Source: Thermoproteota archaeon
Lineage (GTDB): Archaea > Korarchaeota > Korarchaeia > Korarchaeales > Korarchaeaceae
DNA length: 64,000 nucleotides
Assembly: GCA_026986575.1 (NCBI GenBank)
Contig: JALSOH010000006.1
Span: 256,001-320,000 of the forward strand
Direction of reading: 5' to 3'
In this document: positions 1 to 9,956 of the stretch, one piece after another
Layout: each line of letters starts with the position of its first letter
Numbering within the stretch: the stretch's first letter is position 1
Translations under genes and position numbers: made by a program
The notes under the pieces: model-generated
Told to the model about the DNA's origin: nothing
Database searches by the model: none
Seen by the model: the letters and a program-made list of their open reading frames with translations, nothing else

Positions 1-167
1 ATGCTGTGAGGCACGCCTTCGCCGTTTGGTTCCTCTCCAAGGGCGGCAATCCACGAGTATTACAGCGCATCTTGGGACACAGCAGCCTTCGAACCACCGA
101 GATATACTTGGATCTAGCCCAGAGTCTTGTGGAGAGGGAGTACAGGAAGGTGGCTGGGAGGGGATGA
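1..167 (+). CDS. Tyrosine recombinase (XerA/integrase family), C-terminal fragment, truncated by window edge
   Basis: Not in the ORF track. Frame from nt 3 reads AVRHAFAVWFLSKGGNPRVLQRILGHSSLRTTEIYLDL...*, giving the RH / LGH / catalytic Tyr motifs of tyrosine recombinases. Confidence 0.85.
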   Translation, partial: AVRHAFAVWFLSKGGNPRVLQRILGHSSLRTTEIYLDLAQSLVEREYRKVAGRG

Positions 168-207
168 GGATTCCCACGGTTTTTAAGGTCTACTCTTGAA
201 ATGGCAT

Positions 208-2529
208 ATGAGTAAATCCCCTATACTCGCGCTGGTTCTCGCGCTAGCTCTCCTATTACCAGTTCTACCGATTCACGCTCATCCTGTGGGCAGGTACCGA
301 TACTACGTGGATGTGAGCGAGCTAGGAAACTACGAGCTAGCCGTGGACACAGTGAATCACGGTTTCCCATCCAACGAGACCCTGAACCCCCTCTCCGTCG
401 AGGTGTTCTCTCCGGATGGATCTCCCCTACCCGTATCGGCGTCCTTCGAGAGGGAGACCGTGATCGAGTGGGAGCTCGAGCACAAGAATGCCGCCTCCTT
501 CGTCGTGAACGATGAACTGTGCTTCTTCGCCACGGGGCCCGATCCTTACATCAAGGTCATGGTTGACAGGTCAGCCCTGGACGATGCGATAGGGTTCACC
601 TTCTCGGCTAAGGGCAGGTTCAGAGCAGCGTTGAGGGACGCCTCCCTCATGAGGGTCATCTCCGAGGCTGAGGTATCCTCAGATGGCTACACCGATGTAT
701 TCTTGGGATATTCCCGCTCCTCCTTGGAGAGAGACAGGCCCTACGCCTTCTTCATACTGCCCGGTCCTGAGTTAGCTTGCATATCAGATCTCAAGCTGGT
801 ATCAGGGAACCTCCTGATCAGGTGGAGAGCTGACTCTCCCGGAGAGTACGTGGTCACCTTGGATGCGACCCCCTCCAATTCCGAGAGGATCGAGATAACC
901 TCCGCGAAGAGGGTAGAGCCCACAAGGGTGGAAGCATTCGTAGTAGTGCCGTCCTTCCCGAGTAACTTGAGCGGAGTGGTCGATCTCTCAGTGGAGGTGT
1001 CGGGCAACCTCTCACCCGTTACCAAGGTACAGGCTAGGCTCGACTACGAGGGGCAGTATAACTGGACCGACGATAAGGGCGTGCTGATAGAGTTCGAGCC
1101 ATCAGGCGGCTCATGGAGGGCCAAATGGGACACCTTAACCACTTGGGACGGGAGACACGTGATGGTGATAAGGGCCTATGACTCCAACGGCGGGTATGCG
1201 GAGTTCAGGAAGTTCATCTGGGTCGAGAACGTCAGGAACGGGACCAAACTCTTCCCAAACAAGGATGCATTCTCATTCATCGTTCTGGGGGATAACAGAC
1301 CGTCAGGAGGTGCGAAACAGCCGGAGGTTTACAAGCAACTTCTAGAATACATTATCAGGGAGAATGCGGATTTCTACGCCAACGTGGGCGATATAGTCTA
1401 CAGCGGAGAGCTCAGGGAGTATGAGGACTTTGTGAGGGTCACCAGCGCTATAAGGATACCCCTCTTCATAGCCGAGGGCAACCACGAGAACCAGATTGGG
1501 AGGACCGCCCAGAGGAACTTCATGTCCTTTTTCGGCAAGCTCTTCTATTCCTTCGATTACGGGAACTCCCACTTCATCTTCCTGAACGCCAATGTGCCTG
1601 GCTTCAGGTACTCGATGAGCGATGAGCAAATAGAGTGGTTCGCGAAGGACTTGGATGCCACGGAGGCGGAGCACATCTTCGTCTTCATACACCAACCCAT
1701 CTACCCGTACGCCCACGGGATCGAGGACAAGTCGGCTCTCGAGAGGCTCAGAGCAGTGGTGAAACTCTACAAAGACAAGATAGATGCTATATTCCAGGGC
1801 CACGAGCACATGTACTACAGCGGTGAGAACGAGAGCATCAGGACCTTCATCTTGGGAGGTGGGGGCGCCGAGCTGGACAACCAGTATCCCAAGAAATACC
1901 TCTTCTTCCACTACATGGTGGTGAGGGTGAACGGAGGCGATGTGAGCTACCAACTGGTCAAGCCTCCTGTGCTGGAGGTCAACGATCTACCCGATGTGGT
2001 AGATACGCCCTCGCTCGAGGTGAGGGGTAGGGCCCAGCCCTTCGCCTTGGTAAAGGTTAATGGCCAGGAGGTCAGGCCATCGAACACTGGGACCTTCTCT
2101 TCAACAATAACCCTTACTCCGGGGGAGAACGATGTCATAGTGGAGGCCCTGTACAACAGCACGAGGTTGGAGAGGAGATTCAAGGTGACCTATCTCCCTC
2201 ACGCCCAGATCCTACTTCCGGATGAACTGGAGGGGAACACTGAGGCATCGATAGGGGTGACATGCCGTGGAGGGCCTGCTACCGGCCTTTTAGTCCTCAA
2301 CGGGACTGCTTATGAACTTGAGAACGGCGAGACTAGACTGAAGATTCCTGACATCGGTGAAGAGACTCAGGTCAAGATAGCCGCCTACGCCGAGGGCTGC
2401 TTCCCGTCAGAGATGTACACCTCCGTTAGACCGAAGCCTCCGTTCATATCAATCGGTGGCGTGGTGGCACTAGCGATTCTGATCGTGGCGATCCTCCTAT
2501 ACAGGAGAAGGCTTTCAGTGCGACGATGA
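208..2529 (+). CDS. Secreted, C-terminally membrane-anchored calcineurin-like metallophosphoesterase with Ig-like domains
   Basis: Signal peptide; GDNR, VGDIV, GNHE, HQP, GHEH metallophosphoesterase motifs; C-terminal TM helix followed by basic tail. Confidence 0.85.
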   Translation: MSKSPILALVLALALLLPVLPIHAHPVGRYRYYVDVSELGNYELAVDTVNHGFPSNETLNPLSVEVFSPDGSPLPVSASFERETVIEWELEHKNAASFVVNDELCFFATGPDPYIKVMVDRSALDDAIGFTFSAKGRFRAALRDASLMRVISEAEVSSDGYTDVFLGYSRSSLERDRPYAFFILPGPELACISDLKLVSGNLLIRWRADSPGEYVVTLDATPSNSERIEITSAKRVEPTRVEAFVVVPSFPSNLSGVVDLSVEVSGNLSPVTKVQARLDYEGQYNWTDDKGVLIEFEPSGGSWRAKWDTLTTWDGRHVMVIRAYDSNGGYAEFRKFIWVENVRNGTKLFPNKDAFSFIVLGDNRPSGGAKQPEVYKQLLEYIIRENADFYANVGDIVYSGELREYEDFVRVTSAIRIPLFIAEGNHENQIGRTAQRNFMSFFGKLFYSFDYGNSHFIFLNANVPGFRYSMSDEQIEWFAKDLDATEAEHIFVFIHQPIYPYAHGIEDKSALERLRAVVKLYKDKIDAIFQGHEHMYYSGENESIRTFILGGGGAELDNQYPKKYLFFHYMVVRVNGGDVSYQLVKPPVLEVNDLPDVVDTPSLEVRGRAQPFALVKVNGQEVRPSNTGTFSSTITLTPGENDVIVEALYNSTRLERRFKVTYLPHAQILLPDELEGNTEASIGVTCRGGPATGLLVLNGTAYELENGETRLKIPDIGEETQVKIAAYAEGCFPSEMYTSVRPKPPFISIGGVVALAILIVAILLYRRRLSVRR

Positions 2530-2662
2530 ACTTGGATGTCAGTCACCCTCACTTTTTGTACCTTCTAGATACCATCCCATAAGCACAATTAGCTATGGTT
2601 ATCCAGAAGGTCTTTGGCGTATAACGACGAGCTATTATAAATGGAACCCTGAAAGGAGGTTG

Positions 2663-3880
2663 ATGATGAATAGAGCGATCATACTACTTCTGCTGTCGAT
2701 GCTTTGTCTGCCCATCTTACCTACCTCCGCTTCCGGTTTCGAGGCCCCAATCTATGGAGGAGGAACCTTCAAGCTCTCTGATTACAGGGGAAAGGTCGTT
2801 GTTCTCATATTCAGTCAGCCCACCTGCTCCCACTGCAAGAAGTTCATACCCCTGCTGGCCGATGCTTGGAGGACTGACCCTGAACTCTCCAGTGGTCGTT
2901 ACATCGTAGCAGTCGCCATGTATTCACCCTCGAATCCCCAAGCTATTCTGCCAGCCTTTAGGAGCTATAATCCTCCGTCCAGCTGGATCCTCCTGACAGT
3001 CTCGTGGTCCCATCTCCTCCACTTCGGTGTCAAGTACACAGCCACGGTGGTGATAATAGACCCATCTGGCAACCTATTCGCCAAGATAGAACCTGAAGAC
3101 GTCCCTTACATTCCCGATATGGTATCAGTCACCGTTGAGAAAGTCAAGGAGGCCTATCACCGGCCGGTAGATCTGGAGGTAGACATCCCCAGTAGGGTGC
3201 AAGTGGGGGAGCCCTTAGTAGTTAGCGGAACCGCCACTGGCGTGAACAGCGTTAGGATAGTCTTGGTTTCCCCCGATGGAGTCAAGGGGGAATACTCAGC
3301 CATGGTCTCCTCAGGACACTTCCAGATATCCCTCACCCTTTCGGAGCCCGGGGAGTGGATCGTGAGGGTGATCGCTGGCTCCACCGTCGAGGAGCGCAGG
3401 GTCAGAGCCGAGATTCCATCTGAAGTACATTTCAGGGTCCTTTACGGAGAGCATGATCGTGAAGCGGCCTCGATCCTAGGTCTGGAGGCGATTAGATCCG
3501 GAGATGAACTACCAGACGGCGACCTCATAATACTTGGCGGCCCCAAGGCCAATGAGCTGGCGGCTCGACTCAACGAGGAGCTAGGGATAGTGGTGAACAT
3601 CAACGGCTCGAGAGGGATCATCAAGGTGGGAGGCCGTGTGTGGAGATTCCAAGTGGAGTACGGTCGCTCGGACTACGCCCTGATCGCATCCCTTGAGAGG
3701 GACGGGAGGAGGATAGTGCTGGGAGAGGGCCTCACTAGGTTCGGCACCCGGGCAGCGGCGATCAAGATAGCAGATGGAGGGATCGATGGAATCACTATAA
3801 TCAGGTGGATGGACGATAACGGGAACGGGGAGGTGGACCCGGAGGAGGTCGAGGTCATCTTCAGAGGATCATGGCCTTGA
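2663..3880 (+). CDS. Secreted redoxin (TlpA/thioredoxin-like) protein with Ig-like and S-layer-type C-terminal domain
   Basis: Signal peptide, LSDYRGKVVVL..PTCSHC (CxxC); C-terminal LIILGGPKANELAARLN resembles archaeal S-layer/cell-wall domains. Confidence 0.65.
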   Translation: MMNRAIILLLLSMLCLPILPTSASGFEAPIYGGGTFKLSDYRGKVVVLIFSQPTCSHCKKFIPLLADAWRTDPELSSGRYIVAVAMYSPSNPQAILPAFRSYNPPSSWILLTVSWSHLLHFGVKYTATVVIIDPSGNLFAKIEPEDVPYIPDMVSVTVEKVKEAYHRPVDLEVDIPSRVQVGEPLVVSGTATGVNSVRIVLVSPDGVKGEYSAMVSSGHFQISLTLSEPGEWIVRVIAGSTVEERRVRAEIPSEVHFRVLYGEHDREAASILGLEAIRSGDELPDGDLIILGGPKANELAARLNEELGIVVNINGSRGIIKVGGRVWRFQVEYGRSDYALIASLERDGRRIVLGEGLTRFGTRAAAIKIADGGIDGITIIRWMDDNGNGEVDPEEVEVIFRGSWP

Positions 3881-4453
3881 CACGTATCTATTACCCTTCA
3901 AGTAGAATCTAAGGGGTAGGTCCGCATGCCTGCCGGCGTAATCCACCCCCACTCTCTTCGAGGCTACTATCTTCCGCTCGTCCACTCGCCCGTACTCCTC
4001 GAAATAGAGAGGCCCGTCCTCGACGCTCAGGCCGTTCATGTCTAGGGTGATGCCCAGTGCCTTGGTGAGCTTCCCAGGGCCGGAACACAGATTCCTCATA
4101 TCCTCAGTCCCCCTGTTCATCTTCATGAGATCCACGCCTTCCACGGGTTCCAGCGCCCTTATGAGGACGGCTGTGGGTTCGTTGGGTGGCGCGGTCGTCA
4201 CATTCAACATTGCGTATCCGTGGACTGGGTAGATGTAGAATAGGCCACATCCTTCGTAGAGAGGCCACATCCTTGGCGTCCTCTTCCCACCGAAACCGTG
4301 GGAGGCCCTGTCGTTCCTCCCCAGATAGGCTTCGGTCTCCACCACCACTCCTGATATCCTGTTCCCCCCGAACTCCCTGACTAGGAGCTTCCCAAGGAGA
4401 TCCCTAGCCACTACCACTGGATCCCTGCAGAAGAAATCTCTGCTCAGCCTCAT
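3869..4453 (-). CDS. mpg: DNA-3-methyladenine glycosylase (MPG family)
   Basis: VARDLLGKLLV, VETEAYLG, AVLIRALEP, SGPGKLTKALGI, RVGV motifs. Confidence 0.93.
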   Translation of the reverse strand: MRLSRDFFCRDPVVVARDLLGKLLVREFGGNRISGVVVETEAYLGRNDRASHGFGGKRTPRMWPLYEGCGLFYIYPVHGYAMLNVTTAPPNEPTAVLIRALEPVEGVDLMKMNRGTEDMRNLCSGPGKLTKALGITLDMNGLSVEDGPLYFEEYGRVDERKIVASKRVGVDYAGRHADLPLRFYLKGNRYVSRP

Positions 4454-4455
4454 TA

Positions 4456-5508
4456 TCAGCCCCTAGTGACGAGGTAGCTGAGGTTGAGCGTATAAGTGAG
4501 CACCATATCCCCTATTGTCGGCAGGGATATGTTGGGCCTGTAGACCTTCACGGTCTTTCCCCTGTACCTGTCACTCCCTACGGTAATGAGGAAGCGCTCT
4601 ATCATCCTGGGAAGGACATCCCTCCAAAGGTAGGCCTTATCGATCCCTAGGACATGGGAGATCTCGCTCAATGAAAGGCCTTCCTTGGATTCCCTCTGGG
4701 ACAAGGACCTGACTAGCTTTCTTCTATCGAAGGTCTCCGACCTCAGTCCCAGCAGTTCTGAGAGAAGCGAGACAACCTTCCTCTCATCTAAACCGTACAG
4801 CCTGTCTATGGCCTCCTTGGCGGTGAGAGCGTTCAGGACCTTTATCTCCACCGGAGACAGCTGATCCACGTAGAAGAGATCTCTCTTACTCAGGGGCGGG
4901 GCCACGCCTATCACTGCTAAGGCTTTAAGTGCCCTGATCATCTCCGGCAGGTGATCAAGCTGACTCAGAAAGTGGAGGGCCTTCACGAAGGACCTGTACC
5001 TCTTCTCCAGCTCCAATCCCTCTGAGATCGCTGAGAAGGCTGCAGCCAGCTCTATGCCTGAAATCGCTGGATCAGACCACACACACGGGTTTAGGTAGAA
5101 GATCCCCGTCACTATAAGGTTCTCTCTCAGGCACATTAAGGGATCCCTATAGAGGTAAAGGGCGAGAGCCGCGAGCTCCGAAGCCAACAGCAGCATCTCC
5201 CTGTCCCCTTCCAATCTCACCTTGACCGATCTGCCTAGAGTCCTCACAATAACTTCTTCCCCTCCTAGGAACTTTAGACTAACTACCCAGTCTTCAACAG
5301 GCTCTGACCGTAGGGTAACACCCAGACCGAAGCTGAACTCGGCCTTCTGATCTTGATTGGTAATTAGGATGTTCCACTCCTCACCCAACCTCTCTACCAA
5401 GATTGAGGAGAGTGGCTCTAAAGGCTCAGCTCCATCTTTGATGAATTCTTTTACTATTGTAGCTGTGATGTAAATTGTATTGTCGGCTTTTCCCCCTTTG
5501 TACTCTAT
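4456..5508 (-). CDS. Uncharacterised protein with C-terminal winged helix-turn-helix; start uncertain (5400 TTG or about 5508)
   Basis: GLSLSEISHVLGIDKAYLWRDVLPRM..KVYRP resembles a wHTH; the frame stays open 36 codons upstream of the tracked start. Confidence 0.6.
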   Translation of the reverse strand: MEYKGGKADNTIYITATIVKEFIKDGAEPLEPLSSILVERLGEEWNILITNQDQKAEFSFGLGVTLRSEPVEDWVVSLKFLGGEEVIVRTLGRSVKVRLEGDREMLLLASELAALALYLYRDPLMCLRENLIVTGIFYLNPCVWSDPAISGIELAAAFSAISEGLELEKRYRSFVKALHFLSQLDHLPEMIRALKALAVIGVAPPLSKRDLFYVDQLSPVEIKVLNALTAKEAIDRLYGLDERKVVSLLSELLGLRSETFDRRKLVRSLSQRESKEGLSLSEISHVLGIDKAYLWRDVLPRMIERFLITVGSDRYRGKTVKVYRPNISLPTIGDMVLTYTLNLSYLVTRG

Positions 5509-5842
5509 GGATCATCCCTTGGAGGAACTGAGCCTTCCCCCATTAAATGTTGTGTTCAGACATTTTTTCAATAAATACTGAAAGAGGAGAAAACCGATAG
5601 ATAAGAAAATAAGTGATGGAGAACTCACTTTACAGGGGGAGCGGGCGGGTGAATTGGCCCGATCATCATATCCATCAACCTCCTTCCTCCTTTACTACTT
5701 ACGTAGACCAAACCTATATGGTCTATACTTGCTCATTTTATTTAGTAGACCGACAAGAGCGTGTATTGCTGGTGTAATAAGTAACATTACAACCGATCTC
5801 ATGTGAAGAAAAACTTTATTAGCCCTAACGACACTAATTAGT

Positions 5843-7420
5843 GTGCAACAGAAGAGACTTGAAAAAAATGAGGATCTGACTAAACTTTTCCAAGAGGAAA
5901 TCAGGAAGATCCAAAAAGAGCTAGGGATGGATCCCGTGAGGAGGATTCCCAAGAGAGTTTTACTGGCAGACGTTAAGATAGAGAAAAATCTTAGGAGTGG
6001 TGTTAAGGAGGAAGGCAGTGATCTTCTCTTAAGTGGGGACCTTTCGCCCGATAGAATTGGGATAGTCGTCAAAAGGGAAGCTTTCATCCGTTTTTTACCT
6101 CCTCTTGATTTCCCCCACATATATGATCTAGCATGGGCATACTCTAACGCTGATCCCTCGTGGTGGTCCGAGTGCTCACAGAGGGTAGGACTACCTACGG
6201 TCCCTCCTTACTACGCTCCTGAGATATTTCAGGCCTATAATATCAGAGAAAGGATTGGTGTTGTCAAGAGTGTTCTTAAGGCCATAAATTTTCTATATCT
6301 GGAGAGAGGGCGAGATATTAGCTTAGAGGACTATATACTCTTGGTTTCAATAGCTAGGAGATATCCGTCTATCAAGCTATCTAAGAGAGAACTACAGGTC
6401 CTAAGATCACTCGTCTACGTCACTCGTTCTGAAGATGCCAAGCTAGAGAATTTGGCAAAATACACAGGACTTTCTCTTGCTTCTATCTCAAGAGCTCTCA
6501 AGGATTTAATTGGAAGGAACATAGTTCATGGACCTTATACGATATTCCCTTTGAGAATGGGGCTGACCATTTATGTAACTGAATTAAGTGATCCCGCGCC
6601 TCAAGAAATAAAGTTCATAGAGAAATTCCCTTTCACTTACAATGTCTATGTAACTGAAGACAATACTTACTATATTCTATTCTTAGTACCTCTCAAGTAT
6701 GAGAGGGTATTTGCTAAATTATCAGGAGATGGGCTTCGAACAGGAAAGGAGGTTCTTTTCTCGTTTGATCTTCACTCTCTAGACGAAATACAATCCGAAG
6801 AAGTACTGGGCCTCATGGTTGACGGCTACTCCAGAGCATCGGATACCCCTCCTACTTGGAGGGAGGTTTACAGGGGAATCAAGCCCCCGATAAAACTGGA
6901 TAAAAAGGACATCCTTGCGCTCAGTGTGATCAACAGTCAGGGAAAGGCCTCTCGTTCCTACCTCAGAAGGATTGGCGTACCCAATGCAGCGGAGAGGTTC
7001 GCTAGGTACAGGAGAAACGGGCTAGTAGTTAAGGGATACTTCCCCACTGGAGTGGGTCTGGGAGAGGCGGTGCTAGCTAGATTCGATGCTCCCTATAAGG
7101 ACTTCCTGAGGATCGGGGAAGCTCTCTCCAAGGTATCTTCCCCGATAATGTTCTACACCGAAGGCTCCCTTACAGGGATAACCAGCGTCATCCTAGTTAA
7201 CGAGAAGATCTTAGGTACGCTCGTGAAGTCTCTGAGGACGCTCTTCAGCGATCAGCTGATAAAAGTCGAGCACCTATTGGTTGCTGGTCCCTCCAACTGG
7301 CAGATACCCGTTGATCTGTGGAACGAGGAGGAGCAGACATTTGAAATGGACGTGGATTCATTACTTGGAGCCTTCTCAGGCAGGTTAAAAGAAGAGGTCA
7401 GGAGGGAGCTTTTGAGGTGA
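5843..7420 (+). CDS. Large uncharacterised protein with two HTH-like regions (MarR/Lrp-like)
   Basis: LSKRELQVLRSL..LENLAKYTGLSLASISRALKDL and a second LDKKDILALSVI segment; 525 aa open frame. Confidence 0.65.
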   Translation: MQQKRLEKNEDLTKLFQEEIRKIQKELGMDPVRRIPKRVLLADVKIEKNLRSGVKEEGSDLLLSGDLSPDRIGIVVKREAFIRFLPPLDFPHIYDLAWAYSNADPSWWSECSQRVGLPTVPPYYAPEIFQAYNIRERIGVVKSVLKAINFLYLERGRDISLEDYILLVSIARRYPSIKLSKRELQVLRSLVYVTRSEDAKLENLAKYTGLSLASISRALKDLIGRNIVHGPYTIFPLRMGLTIYVTELSDPAPQEIKFIEKFPFTYNVYVTEDNTYYILFLVPLKYERVFAKLSGDGLRTGKEVLFSFDLHSLDEIQSEEVLGLMVDGYSRASDTPPTWREVYRGIKPPIKLDKKDILALSVINSQGKASRSYLRRIGVPNAAERFARYRRNGLVVKGYFPTGVGLGEAVLARFDAPYKDFLRIGEALSKVSSPIMFYTEGSLTGITSVILVNEKILGTLVKSLRTLFSDQLIKVEHLLVAGPSNWQIPVDLWNEEEQTFEMDVDSLLGAFSGRLKEEVRRELLR

Positions 7421-8480
7421 TCTTATTCAGAATCTCTCCTAACTGGGACAGCAGTAATTGAACGTCTTCCTCCGTGATACTGGCCATTGTAGCAGCTCTA
7501 AGTATCTTCCCCCTCAGGGGACCCTGTCCTCCCGCCACTAATATGCCCCTCTTAGCTAGCTCCCTCCTAACCACCTCTGGATCTGGGACCACGAAGGAGG
7601 TCACGGTATCAGACATCTTACCTAATTCACCGGGATGCGCGAACAGCTCCACTCCAAGTTCCCCCAATCCCTCCCTCAAGAGTTCGGCCGCCCTATGGTG
7701 CCTGAGGAACCTAGCTTCCAGCCTCTCTGAGTGTATCTCCCTGAGTGCGACCCTCAGAGCTGCGAAAAGTGGAAGTGCTGGGGTGAAGGGCGTCTGCCTG
7801 AGTTTACCCATCGCCGAGCTCCTGTACCTCGTCAGGTCGAGGTAGTAAGGGGCTCCCCTGTAGCCCTCCCAGTCCCTCACCATAACGGGTGCTAAGCCCG
7901 GTGGAGCACCTATGCACTTCTGAACTCCCCCCACTAGAGCTTTGGCCCTCCATCTATCTCCCTTCACCTCAATACCCCCTATCGAGCTCACAACGTCCAC
8001 CACGAGATCAACTCCTCTATCCGACGCTAGGTCCGCTATCAGATCCATGTCATGCTCGATACCCGTAGATGTCTCATTGTGGACTACTGCTAAGAGATCA
8101 GCACCTCTCAAGGAAGCCTCCAGCTCTTCCTGAGGGGGTGTCTTGCCCCACTCAGAACGGATCACCCTGACCTCTCTAGCGTAGAGGGATGATATCTCCG
8201 CTAACCTCTCCCCGAACTTGCCGTCGACTATAGCTACCACATTCCTGCCCCTTGAGAACCCCGCTAGGGCCGACTCGAGTCCGGCAGTGGAGGATCCGCT
8301 TATGACGATGACATCTCCCTCAGCACCGAAGAGAGGTTTAGTCCACTCGATTATCTCTTCGTACATCCTCGAGAACTCCTCTCCCCTGTGGTAGGGCATC
8401 GGCTCACTGAGCGCTCTCATAACCTCAGGACTCGGATTGACTGGTCCAGGGATGAAGCTAACCTTGGAACCATTTGCCAA
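7398..8480 (-). CDS. Class V PLP aminotransferase (serine-pyruvate / alanine-glyoxylate type)
   Basis: FIPGPV, VHNETSTG, VDVVSS, GVQKCIGAPPGL, TPFTP, GGQG motifs; likely TTG start at 8480. Confidence 0.9.
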   Translation of the reverse strand: MANGSKVSFIPGPVNPSPEVMRALSEPMPYHRGEEFSRMYEEIIEWTKPLFGAEGDVIVISGSSTAGLESALAGFSRGRNVVAIVDGKFGERLAEISSLYAREVRVIRSEWGKTPPQEELEASLRGADLLAVVHNETSTGIEHDMDLIADLASDRGVDLVVDVVSSIGGIEVKGDRWRAKALVGGVQKCIGAPPGLAPVMVRDWEGYRGAPYYLDLTRYRSSAMGKLRQTPFTPALPLFAALRVALREIHSERLEARFLRHHRAAELLREGLGELGVELFAHPGELGKMSDTVTSFVVPDPEVVRRELAKRGILVAGGQGPLRGKILRAATMASITEEDVQLLLSQLGEILNKITSKAPS

Positions 8481-9826
8481 GGATCCCCAGCACCTCCCTA
8501 ACAATTCTCCTGTCAGACTCCCTCGTGTTCCCACCTATGTGAGGCGTGAGGATCACGTTGTCCAGCTGGCTCAGCCTCTCGTAGGCATCCTCCCCAAACG
8601 GTGGCTCCTTGGGGAACACATCGAGAGCAGCTCCCGCGAGTTTACCGCTCTCCAAGGAATCTATGAGGGCCTCCAGATCGACGAGTTCTCCCCTTCCCAC
8701 ATTGACTAGGTAGGCACCGTCTTTCATGAGGGAGAGCTCTCTCCTCCCTATCATCCCCTTTGTCTCCTCCGTCAGGGGTGAGGCTAGGACTATTATGTCG
8801 CTCTCCCTGAGCAGATCATCTAGGGGTTTCCCTCCGTCCTTGTACTTGTCGTAAAAGCTGACCTCCATCCCTACAGCCCTGAGCAGGTTGGCTATCTCGG
8901 ATCCAACTATCCCCATCGATATTATGCCTACCCTCTTCCCAGATACCTCGAATCCCTTCAGCCTCTTCTTGGCCCACTCCCCCTTGCGCATCCTCCTGTC
9001 GCCCAAGCTGATGCCTCTGGCGAGATCGAGGATGAGGCCGAGAGTGAGCTCGGCCACAGCTCTAGCCCTCACGGGAGCCCTCTCAACTATAACAGCCCTC
9101 CTTCTGGCCTCTGAGACATCTATATGATCGAGACCGTGCGTGGCGGTGATCACAAGCTTGAGGCGTCTAGCCGTTTCGAACTCCTCCGGTCCTAGGCTCT
9201 TGCTGGTCCTGACCACGACCACCGTGGCCTCGTCCAACCTATTCCAGTCCCTCGTAACTTCACCCAAGTCCTCTAATCTACTATCCAGCTCTCTGGGGAG
9301 ATTATCTGCCAACAGGAAGAGTTCCTCACTATCGGGACTTATTGAGAAGTCGCCTCCGGGGTCAGCGTGAGTAACGCCCTCCAACCCGGTGTTCACGTCG
9401 CTCATGACGATTAACCTGTCTTTGAGCGTCCTGGTGACCCTCATGGCTGCCGTCAGTGAGGAACCGAAGTCGTCGTGTGGATTCAACAGGTCTTTAAGGT
9501 ACCCGGCCCTGAAGACAGGCTCAGATGCGGCGAGGAAGTCAGGTTCAGTCAGTATAGACGCCGTGGGCGCCAGTCCCCATCCGAGGGAGGCGACCACCCC
9601 CTTCTCCCTTACCTCGGGGAGCCAGTTCAACCTCTCGCGGGGAATTGCCAGTTCGTAGAACTCTTCCTCCCTCACGCCTGACAGGACCTTGGCCAACCTG
9701 TCTACGCAGGGCTTCCAAAAGTAGGAGCAGTCACTCAACTCTCCAAAGGACACCACCTCGGAGGTGCGAAAGGCTGACACCTCCAAGGAAGGCCCCATCT
9801 AACCTCAGGGCGATGAGACCCCTCAT
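8458..9826 (-). CDS. D-isomer-specific 2-hydroxyacid dehydrogenase (SerA-like) with about 150-aa N-terminal extra domain; probable +1 frameshift near the 5' end
   Basis: HGLDHID, AVAELTLGL, NVGRG, AALDVF..EP, LTPHIGG; strong SD GAGGTGATCTC-ATG at 9826 is one base out of frame with the tracked ORF (start 9798). Confidence 0.8.
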
Positions 9827-9956
9827 GAGATCACCTCTGCATGCGTCACCCCAGCCACTATATAAAGGTAATCCGCAAATACCCTTGGATGCCGTCCCAC
9901 CTCCGTTCCGCGCGCATCCCTAATCTATCCCCCCTCCTCCCTAATGGAGGGGGGAG

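Noticed and set aside
1-195. Recombinase as the edge of a provirus or integrated element
   Set aside because: No tRNA, att repeat or viral genes follow; downstream genes look chromosomal, so a housekeeping XerA is at least as likely
5510-5842. Canonical Cdc6/Orc1 replication origin
   Set aside because: No repeated ORB-like TTCCAGTGGAAAC/G-string elements and no cdc6 gene in the window
5695-6120. 141-aa minus-strand ORF
   Set aside because: Overlaps the 525-aa HTH gene antisense and has no recognisable features
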